A stretch of DNA of 62,919 nucleotides, filler included, from Platydemus manokwari (lineage: Eukaryota): assembly GCA_037951405.1 (NCBI GenBank). It is 5 parts of 5 records of this genome, joined end to end, with 100 filler letters (N's around TTAATTAATTAA, not from the genome) between each part and the next. Parts side by side here need not be neighbours in the genome. Positions count along the whole stretch, not along the records: positions 36,681 to 53,713 come from JBBMOY011123663.1; positions 53,814 to 62,919 come from JBBMOY011298761.1; 3 more parts are not named here. The stretch is one strand, 5' to 3'. Shown piece after piece: positions 52,180 through 62,919 of the stretch. The notes under the pieces are model-generated. The model did not search any database, was not told the origin of the DNA, and saw only the letters and a program-made list of their open reading frames with translations. Numbering within the stretch: the stretch's first letter is position 1; every line of letters begins with the position of its first letter. The position numbers were made by a program, and so were the translations under genes.

Positions 52180-53813
52180 TAAAATGTTGTAATTTTCTTT
52201 ACTGTATTTTAGGTGGAATAATAAAAACGAAAAAAATAATATCCAAAAATTTTTATTTTTAACATTTTTTCGTTTTTTTAAATCTTTTTTGTTACAATTA
52301 AACTAAATAGATTTGAGTCAAGCACAAAAGACTATTTTAATAGCAGAAACAGACTAGTGAAACGCATAAATGATTTTAAGTATATTTTAAAACATCAAGA
52401 AATCTGGAAAGCAAAATAGAACAATTTAATAGCAAATGGAGACTAATAAAATAAAAATTCAAAATGAGTTAAATTAAATAAAAATGGATAATAATTTATT
52501 GTGAATCAAATAATTATATTTATTTAAAAATATAAAAAATAATATAATTAAATTAATTTACATAAATTAAGATGAATTAAGTGTTACTAGGAATAAATAC
52601 AACCAATTCCAGAAGAATCAAATTATCAAAAACACACCAACTGCTACTGTGACTAGCACATATAATTTGGCAATATTTTGTTAACAATACTAGATGTTGA
52701 AAGTTGAAAACATTAATCGATGCTACAGAGACATTAAAATTTGCATCTGAAAAACGTTGGCGAACAATGAAGAGACATTTGGTTTTACCTGGAAAAATAT
52801 CATTGTCTAAAGTGGTTTGTTATGACAGAAATATTAGCATTCTAAATCATGCTCAAAAGAACAAAGTCTATTAACAATTTGCAAAGGCATATCAGCACGC
52901 GAAAGATAAAACAAACGCAGGAATAAAGGCCATAAAATATTGGTCATCAGAATAATCACACAAAAGAATGAGACAGAGAAAATTATCGACTATGAAAGAC
53001 TAGCATTTGCATGTGGAATTCAACAGTTTTACTTGACGTCTTGTAGGTTTACACTCTTGATTCGTTGAAACTGTTCACATATTGGTTTATTAGCAGATTT
53101 CCATTATTGTGCCATTGTTTGATCTGGTTGTTTATTCACTATAGTGGATATGCTTCAATTTATTTATTGATAATTTGTAGGTATCTGATTGGTGAGTGTT
53201 CATTGAGTATGGGCTATTCAAAGATCTTCGTAAATTATTTGCTTACTTTTGTTATATTGGAAAGAGCATAATATGGAGAAGCTGATATTTTATTCAAACA
53301 ATGAAGAAATAGACAAAATACCTAAGACTGTTAACCCGAATGAACAATGGATGAAGAAAAATACCGAAACAGAGTCGGCGAAATATCCTACAACTTCAAA
53401 TAAATATGAGTTGACAGAGAAGTAAAACGATAGAGAAGTGAAAGCTCAAATGGCGGTTGGATACAAAGTTCCTAAAGTCAACTGCTATGGGATGATGAGA
53501 AACGAGAATAAATCACTCAACTACAACTTTATAAATTTTTAATTCTATTCATTTTGTGGAGTTACGAAAATTTGATGATGGAAAGAAATTAATAATCATT
53601 CAAATAGATAACGCTTAATGCTTTGGTAATAAATTGTTGGGCGCGTCCCCGCTTAAAAGATACATGATATATGATATACATGACATAACCCAGACATAAC
53701 CAATATACATATANNNNNNNNNNNNNNNNNNNNNNNNNNNNNNNNNNNNNNNNNNNNTTAATTAATTAANNNNNNNNNNNNNNNNNNNNNNNNNNNNNNN
53801 NNNNNNNNNNNNN

Positions 53814-53887
<74 letters not shown>

Positions 53888-53888
53888 T
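53814..53888. repeat. (TTA)n microsatellite
   Basis: About 25 perfect TTA units abutting the gap, with a degenerate continuation to about 53960. Confidence 0.95.
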
Positions 53889-54553
53889 TGATTTTGATTT
53901 TTATTATTATCATCATTGTTATTATCATTATTATTTTTATTATTATAACTTATTATTATAGGTTAGTAATTTTATTGATTTATTTGATTATGTACATGCC
54001 TCATAATCAAACTTCCATCATTGTTTCAGAAATTCCAATGTATCCATTCTATTTTATTCCTTTGATGTCACGTGCCATTAATACCAATGATAGCACTTTT
54101 GTCATTCACAAGAATTATTCCGTGCTAAATGCTATCATGCATTTCAAATGCCATATACTATTGTTTGTGGTTATCTACTTATTTATCTCGCATTCTTAGA
54201 AACATTTACTGGCGGAAAATTTCAATTTATTATTCGCATTGGCATTGATTTTGGTGCCTACAAGCACAAGCTAAAACAATGATGTTTAAAGCAAAAAAAA
54301 GTAAAGTGATTAAGCCGGAAACCACGCCCTTTGTGAGATAACGCCTAAAGTTGAATGGAACCATGAAAGTCGCCATCTCACTTATCAGAGATTATTATAA
54401 TTTAAGGGAGATCATTGGGATATCCAGTGCACAAAATTAATTAAACACAACATGGCAGGTCAACACACAAACAGAATTTCAATGCTACTAGAAATTGAAA
54501 GTCACGGTATAAAATACCATTAGCGTTAGTCCAATAGTTGATTAATTTTTCAG

Positions 54554-54814
54554 GAAATAAATTGGACACGATGGCATGTCAATAGTGAAGTAGATATTGA
54601 AGAAATCAAAAGAAATATTGAGAAAAATCCGATAAGAAAAACTGGGAATGTAAGTACAAACCAATTTAAGATAGACAATATACTATTTGTCAAGAAAAAT
54701 ATGCCGAATAAAACCATGGATGATATGACGGTTAGTAATGGAAAAATAACCATGAAAGAATTCATCGATAACGAGTTGAAAATTATTCAAAGATTTTTAA
54801 GTAGGAAAATGTGA
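54554..54814 (+). other. Orphan open exon-like segment (86 codons plus stop)
   Basis: ttttcag acceptor followed by EINWTRWHVNSEVDIEEIKRNIEKNPIRK..IIQRFLSRKM*. No upstream exon identified. Confidence 0.3.
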
Positions 54815-57685
54815 AGATTAATAATCTTAAAATGTTGAAATTGTATGGTGAAAATATGGTTATACCCACGTATTTATTTAATTATTTTTTACATTCAGGA
54901 TTATTCTGATCAACACTATATTTAAACCTCTCCAAAAGTATAATTTGTCATGATTCTCAGAAAATTTGTTTTTGAAAAATATTCTCCTTTTAATATAAAT
55001 AGATACAATTTAAAACCCCACTAATATTGATATTGTTGAGTCTAAAAGAATCGAAGGTTGGAATTTACCTTTCACTAAATCGTACTGATTCGTACGTATA
55101 TAAACAACTCTAAAATTCAAGAAATATGTCATAAATCAATACTAAACAACTTCATAATACTCGGCTTTCAAGTGGCAGTTGATAATCTTTACATCGGTAT
55201 TTCTACTTGAAATTTTTGTGTATAATTTGTGTATCACTTTTTGATTTGGTATTTCATTTCTCAAGTTTCAATTGGATTTATTGATTTTGTTTATCAGTAT
55301 TTGTCAATCCCTATGCGTAGTTATGTCTACATTCGAATTAGAATCGTCCAAATAACTCCTATGCTCGTATGATTGTGTAGGCATGCTAATGCTTAAAGTG
55401 CCAAAATAACAGATGCAAAATATTTTATCTTTTGTATAATTTCTCCTTTACTAAACGCATTTGTACAGATTAGCGAATTTTAGCTAACAAATAAATAAAT
55501 TATAGTGGATCCTTAACAACTGCATTTGATCATTTTTCATGAATTGAGGTATTAAAATTAAATTATAATTGGACAAAAACTGTTTCTCAATTTAATGAAG
55601 AATATTTATATAATGAACATAAATGTTTGTATGTTCGTCTTTGAAACAATTAATAATACATTATAAAATTATCATTTTTTATTCAAAGTATATTTTAATA
55701 TTGAGGTTAGTGTTTTATTCCACCACTAGTGAACTGATAATGACAACAATAAATAAAACGATACCTAATGATTGAAAAATTAGATTGATAACTAAATTAA
55801 GATCACGATGTCAATGACGGACATACATAATTACTATATTAACAATAACAAACAAAATATTATGAAAATAGTCTGAAAAATGATGTAACAGAAATGTAAA
55901 ATTTCTCTTTACAGTCTGTTTAGTGAACTCACATAAAAATATCAGAACGGAAAATTAATCCCATATGACACAAAATTAGGACCCATTAACAAATACTTCT
56001 CTTTAATATCAACAATTATAGCAATAAGCAACCCTAAAATTTAAGAAATAAAAGGAAATAATAAATAATAATAATAATAATATCAAAAAAACCTGTAAAT
56101 TACATATGAATACAATTTCATATGAATATCCCCGAGGAACATCAATCAACATAGTTTAACTTTGAAATCCCTATATAGACCAATTTGGTATTCAAAAAGA
56201 TAGAAGACATTTCTCATCAATTGTCAAGCCTAGCAGTAGAAGGTTGATATTCCCTGTAATCATAGTTGAAGTAGCAATTTCAAGCCATTGAAGATATCGT
56301 TAACAAAGTAGTAATTTATGGTGTTTTTTAGAATAAATATTAAATTATCTATACTATTTACTAATCTGTACTGAAATTTCTTGAAGTGGTTTGGTTTATT
56401 ATCCGTATTCTTCTTGAATTGTTAGACACTTTTGTCCAAAGCTTAGTTTATGGAAACAGTTATTTTTTATTTGGTGTACCTTGAATTGAAACAATCAATA
56501 TTTTATAGAAGTCATTGTGTCGTCAATTAAACTGGAGAGTGAAATAAGAAATCATATCAAACTGAATAAATTGTCATTCTCATCGATTGCTTATCTTTTT
56601 AAAGAGGTAAAGTGAACGATCATTGATTTGCCATAAAAATGTATTATTGCAATAGGATTGAGGAATAATCTAAAAGACCTGTTTAAGGATTAAAATATTG
56701 AATAATAATTAACTCATTGTTAAGTGTCACTCTTCTAGTTTTCATATGAGCAATAGAAGCGATCGAGGTGAATAAACAGCAAATATTATAGCTTATTACT
56801 ACCGCTGATTCAAAAGAACTCCAGAGATTGATTAAGTTATGANNNNNNNNNNNNNNNNNNNNNNNNNNNNNNNNNNNNNNNNNNNNNNNNNNNNNNNNNN
56901 NNNNNNNNNNNNNNNNNNNNNNNNNNNNNNNNNNNNNNNNNNNNNNNNNNNNNNNNNNNNNNNNNNNNNNNNNNNNNNNNNNNNNNNNNNNNNNNGTACG
57001 GAAAGTACAGAAGTCAAAATGTATTAGAATAACATTAGTTGAGAATTATTGGAGCCAGATGTTCTGGAAGTTACTTGAAATATTCGAGTTAGTACTTAAA
57101 ACTGAAACATTATTGACTAAATATTAATAACGGTTTAATCAGCTAAACCTTAACAGTATAACAACGTAATTATTTTATTAATATCTACATTGATTAACTA
57201 CTTATACCTTGGAAACTGTTCTCTGGTTTCCATTTTTAGTGAATAATTTATTTTAGTCTGAGTGAATGATTTAAAAGGTTGGATTGAATTATAAATTGAA
57301 TAATATAATTATAATATAATTTGTGTTGAGTTCAATTGCACTTTCTATTTATCAAGTATAAACTCGTAACGTACTCACTTATTAGGTTATTACAACAGCA
57401 TGACCCAAATCGAATGACATAATAATTTATAGAAACCAACAAAAAAGACAAAAGATATTTTAAAGAAAAGTAAATTAACTTTTAAAAACAATTATATATC
57501 ATTAAAATATTTAGAAAATTTTTTTAAAATTATTATGATAATTTTTTAATTTTATATCGGAAATATATTTATCTCAAAGAATATTACGTAATTTAGGATA
57601 AAGCAAGGAAATTTAAAAAAAAATTATAATAATTTGTTTAAAAATTTCATGGCAGTATTCTTTAATCAAATTTACCACTTCTCGA

Positions 57686-59820
57686 ATGGTTTTAACAAAT
57701 AAATTTACTGTAACCCACAATAGACAAAACAATGATAACACAAATACGATCACAGTGAATATGAAAGATGAACGCCATTATTCATTGATCGAAAAAATTA
57801 ATAGAAATATTATGAATAAAAATTATTGGTTTTCTTGTGAGTTCTTTCCTCCAAGAACACCAAATAGTGCCACGGATCTTCTAAAAAAGTAAGATTAAAT
57901 CACTTCACAAAATCATTTATTATATAGAAATTAAGTCTGACAATTAAAACAAAAGACATAATAAATTTGTTCTAATTATATTTGTGATGATATTTTTTAT
58001 TTTATTTATTTAGATTTGATACATTTGCTCGTGGAAACCCACTTTTCTGTGATATTACCTGGCATCCGGCAGGCAATCCAACATCGGATAGCCCAACAAG
58101 TTCAACGTTGATAGCAAATACTATGTTGAATTACTGTGGAATTGAAACCATGTTACATATGATCTGTATTCAGTGGTCGAAATTGGAAATAAATGATCTT
58201 CTAAACAAGATTAAAAAATATGGAATACGAAATATCTTAGCTTTGCGAGGAGGTAAAATATTTTACACTGATTTGCGAAAATTATTGTTTAACTATCACA
58301 GATAAACCAAAAGCGACCAATTCTTTGAAAAGTTCCAAAACCGATTTCAACTATGCTATTGATCTGGTTCGACACATTCGAGAAATGTTTGGTGATTTTT
58401 TTGTCATTTGTGTTGCTGGATATCCAGAAGGACATCCAGAAGCAGAATCGTATGCAAAAGATTTACAATATTTGAAAAATAAGGTCGATGCTGGAGCGGA
58501 TTTTATCATCACTCAGTTATTTTTTGATTCGAAAAAATTTCTAAAATTCGAAAGAGATTGTCGAGAAATCGGAATTACATGTCCAATAATTCCTGGAATC
58601 ATGCCTATTCAAGCATATCGATCTTTAAAAAATATTGTAGCTTTAACAAAATTAGAAGTACCAACCGAAATATTGAAAGTTGTCGAAGCTAATCGTGATT
58701 CTGAAGAAGCTATTTGTCAATATGGAATCGATTTGGGAGTGAAATTGTGTAAAGAACTTTTGAATTCAGGAAAAGTTTTCGGGATTCATTTCTACACTTT
58801 GAATCGAGAAAGAGCAACGCTTGACATACTTAAGCAAATAGGGTTGTGGGATATAAATATTTCAAGACCTCTACCATTTAAGAAAACCGCCAATCATTTT
58901 CGAATTTCGGAAAGAGTTCGTCCTATTTTTTGGTCAAATCGACCGAATTCCTATGTTTATCGAACGAAACATTGGGAAGAGTTTCCGAATTGTTGTTGGA
59001 GTTGTGGAACTCCGTCGGTATTTCAAGAACTCGAAGATCCATATTTGTTCTATCTGAGAGTTCGAGCAAACAAAGAAGAATTATTAAATATGTGGGAACA
59101 TGAACTAGTATCCGAAGAAGATGTGTGGAACGTTTTCTATCATCATATCAGTAAAACATCAAATAAAAGAGGGGTTCTGGTAAAAATTATTTTTTTTGTA
59201 AATTTTTTGTCTTAATTTCATAATTTTAAAAGGTCAAAAATTTACCTTGGTATCCAAATACCGACTTGGAAAAACAAGTCTTGATCATTCGATCTCAATT
59301 GAGTAATCTTAACAAACAAGGAATCTTAACAATTAATTCTCAAATCAATATTAATGGAATCGATTCATCTGATAATATTTACGGTTGGGGAATTCCTGGG
59401 GGTTATATTTATCAAAAGGCCTATCTCGAATTCTTCATTCATCGACGATATTTCAAATATCTGATGAAAGTTCTGGAGGAATATTCGAATCGAGTGAATT
59501 ATCACATAGTTCAATCGGAAGACGGTGATGTGACAAATTATGGTGATGATAAAGCAATTGCCCTGACATGGGGTGTTTTTCCTGGCAGTGAAATCATTCA
59601 ACCATTTGTTATCGATCCTTTGGTATTCAAATATTGGAAACAAGAAGCTTTTGATCTGTGGATAAAACATTGGGGAATTCTATACGATAAAAACTCGAAA
59701 TCATATGATATCATTCAACATATGCATGATGATTATCATTTGGTTAATCTCGTTGATAATTGTTATGTGAAAGACAATTGCCTTTTTGAATTGGTGGAAA
59801 AGGTTTTGCGGCTCGGGTGA
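57686..59820 (+). CDS. MTHFR: Methylenetetrahydrofolate reductase; exons 57686..57888, 58014..58252, 58302..59179, 59233..59820
   Basis: [70 protein letters not shown]; regulatory domain [42 protein letters not shown]. Confidence 0.96.
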
Positions 59821-61981
59821 TTTCTTTCAGAAATTGGGTTTTTTGCGCATTTTTTACAATGGATTGGTGATTTTTATCGATATTTTATATGTTAATGGCA
59901 TTGTTTTGGAATTTGATAATTATGACTTTGGATTTATCCTCGGGTATTTTTATATAAAAGATCTTTGATATTTACTATTGATTTATTCATGTGAAAATTG
60001 ATCTTTGTAAATTATTATCTTTTATTGATTTTACTTTTGATAAATTTCTCGATATTTGTTTTTTTGAAAATTTACAAATAAATCAGCTCGATGCATTGGT
60101 TTTAACATATCATTCTTCCAATACGTTTAGTTTAATATTGTTACTATTTATAGTAATGAAATGTGTGTGTGTAATGGATTAGACATACCAATAGAGCTAC
60201 TTAAGCATTATCTGTGTTAAATTTTCAATACGGCGTTAACTATTTTATTGGAATTTTAACAAAAATTTTTCCATAATTGTTTCCGATTTGAGAAAATCAA
60301 ATTTTCATTTTTTGTGCCAAATCATTTATTTTTTAGTTTTGAATTGATTTGATTTTCATTTTGCAACAGTTATTATTCAGTTAACTTTATCAAAGCTTTA
60401 TTAATAATTATGCAAGTCTATACTGACTTTACATTTATATCTACTACATAGCTCAATATTTACGTTGTAATTAAATCACCAAGTTGTTCTGCTTAAGTTA
60501 AGAAAATAGAGTATTTTGAGCCAGTTTCGCTGTGATAAATTATCGAGAATTGTTTAATTTTATATTTTAATATCAATTATATTTTTTTCTTAAATATCAG
60601 CCAATAAGTTAATTTTATAAAGCATTTTTAATTCGTCTGAAAAGTAATAAAAACTGCAATAAAATGTATTTCCTTTATACTTCAAAATTCTAGGTATAAA
60701 TATCTCGGTGATTTGGATTGAACATCGCATTGATTGGTTAAAGGTGTTCCATGGATAAACGCGCTTTGAAGGCAGCTACAAGACATCGAATTAATGATTT
60801 ATCCTAATACATGAAAGATCATTTTTGTCTTTATTTGTAATTATTGCCTCTAGAATTGTTTCGCTTCGATATTAGGCCGGAAACAAGAAGATATTTTCAA
60901 ATATACATCGATTGTTATGATTATTTAAGCTTCAAATTAACTGCGATAACTTGTCGGTAATTTGAATGCTTAATTTATATAATTACCAGAACCTGAGATA
61001 TGGATGAAAGTAATTCCACCGATATCTGACTCTTAGCTGGGTCGAAGTGTAGATTTAGCGTTAACATAAGTACTGATGTTTAATAAACGAGACCATTAAA
61101 GTCAAAGGTATTTATTAACTAATCAATATAAATGGATATAACATCTATGATATTGCTCTCATATTTTTGTGGTGAAGATGTAGTGTCATGAAAATTTATA
61201 GCAGCTAGTATTGAGAACTAAAGCCACCCAGCCCTGGAGGAAAAAGGAGGTCGGATGAGAATTGATTTTAAGAAAGTTACAAATAGTCGATGCGATAATT
61301 GACTGCGTTAACTTGTCGATAATGAATACCTTGATTAAAATTATCCATAATAATTGTGGTCCGAAGTCTGTGGTTTTGATTGTTTTCTGACTCGGAGTTG
61401 TTTATCTTTTTACGTACCTTCTTGTTTTTATTAACATTAATCATTATCGGAATCAATAGTTGACTGTTTCCCTTATTGATGATTCTTTTGATTTACGATT
61501 CTTATATCTCAATAAATATTTCAAAATCTTAAGTTTTATTTTCCCGTTTAATTTAACTATTAAACACTGAGTGAATGGTTGGTTGTTATTAGCTTTTACT
61601 GGGCCTATAATGCTTCAGTAGACCGTATGAGACAGAACTTATCGGAAAATTACTCAAAAAACTAAAGGTTAGAGCTATATAAATTATTGACTGCTGCAAC
61701 AAGGATTATTTGTCCTGCTGCAGCAAGTTTGGCTGGTACTAAAAGTACACAACAATTATTATTATTCAATATGCTTAGAGATCTGATGGATCTGATAATA
61801 TTTCGATTGATATTAGTAAGATTTATTAAGGAAAACGAAAATTAAACAATATTTAAAAGAAAGCAAAAATTGTCAAAATATTAAACGCACAACGCATGCT
61901 GGTAAATATTCACTATGGATACCGGGAAACCAATTAGACACGACTGTTAATTAAATATTATTATAATTAATTAATGGTTTA

Positions 61982-62919
61982 ATAAAAGCTAACTTTTATA
62001 ATGATAGTTCAATTGAAATCGAAACAATATATAAAACTTTACGTCAAAAGGATCCAACAGCTCCAGGAAGGAACAATATCGGATACAAGGATATATCTTA
62101 TGCCGACCTAAACTGTGAATTATAGAAAGTACTATTTGACAAGTGCATGAACCTAAATGAAATTCCTGAAGAATGGAAAACATATTCTACGATCATGATA
62201 CCCAAACCGATGAAACACGGCGAATATCACAGAGTCGGATCATGGAGACCGATCGCACTCCTCGATTGTTGTTACAAAATACTAACAACAATCCTATGCC
62301 AACAACTTCGGAGTTGGATCGATGAGAACAACCTAATTCATCCATTACAAAAGAGTCTGGGGCCAACTGATGGGTGCGCGGAGCACAACTTTATTCTTCG
62401 AGCTCTGTTAGAAAATTATTCAAGGAAAGGAAGAGATGACATTCACATCTCATTCATGGACATTGAGGAGGCCTTTCCTTCGATAAACATCACAGCAATG
62501 ACGGAGATATTGGAATATATGGGTCTGGATGAAAATGCTTTAAAAATGGTCAAATGCCTGTACAACAACTGCTGGACTACTTTCAAATGTGGAGATTATG
62601 AGACGTGTCCGATCGAAATGAAACGTGGGGTTCGTCAAGGTTGCCCAATATCAATGTTGTTATTCAACATTACAATGAACCCAATTCTTGTAAAGATGGA
62701 TCAAAACCGATTAGGTGGATTATTATTGGCTAATAATAAAATCTCTTGCCTGGCATATGCTGATGACCTTGCGCTGATCGGTACGGACGCCAATAGTGTA
62801 CAATCAATGATCAACGAGGCTTCCGAACTGGCGACCTCACTTGGATTCAAGTTCAAACCATCAAAATGCGGTTACCTACACAATGAAAGAGAAGGTTCTA
62901 TGGTAGATAATTTAGAAGT
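61982..62919 (+). mobile_element. Reverse transcriptase of an RLE-class (NeSL/R2-like) non-LTR retrotransposon, 5'-truncated, running off the window end
   Basis: TAPGRNNIGY..(TAG at 62123-62125)..IPEEWK..IMIPK..SWRPIALLDCCYKI..QKSL..DGCAEH..FMDIEEAFPSI..GVRQGCPISMLLFNI..LAYADDLAL..GFKFKPSKC. Absent from the ORF track because it has no in-window stop. Confidence 0.93.

Noticed and set aside
53888-54199. 103-aa Ile-rich ORF resembling a membrane protein
   Set aside because: Produced by the (TTA/ATT)n microsatellite.
1-62919. CRISPR arrays, tRNA/rRNA/snRNA genes, hammerhead ribozymes, telomeric arrays
   Set aside because: None recognised by eye; CTGATGA instances lack the flanking stems and GAAA core. 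An Infernal/tRNAscan run would be needed to exclude them formally.

Overview
AT-rich eukaryotic (animal) genomic scaffold with very short GT-AG introns (about 35-60 nt). The architecture suggests a planarian flatworm, but that is inference. Four artificial 100-nt gaps carry a TTAATTAATTAA linker and there is one plain N gap. Well-supported genes: an intronless orphan rhodopsin-type GPCR with two pseudogenised paralogs, B4GALT7, KIF4-type chromokinesin, KDM5/lid demethylase, MTHFR and a 376-aa orphan ORF. The most unusual element is on the minus strand at 12.9-18.5 kb. Five intact ethanolamine-kinase exons lacking the kinase C-terminus are followed, with no gap and in compatible splice phase, by two exons encoding only the C-terminal part of an ARHGAP1-like RhoGAP domain, giving a possible 345-aa chimera (or a mis-assembly). 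Intergenic DNA holds many TE relics: several RLE-type (NeSL/R2/R4-like) non-LTR fragments including a near-intact RT at the right edge, a Ty3/Gypsy relic in the kinase intron, a deleted mariner, and a 105-bp hAT MITE with TIRs and an 8-bp TSD. A candidate 60-aa four-exon micro-gene lies behind an RFX X-box-like motif, and the MTHFR regulatory domain has unusual substitutions.
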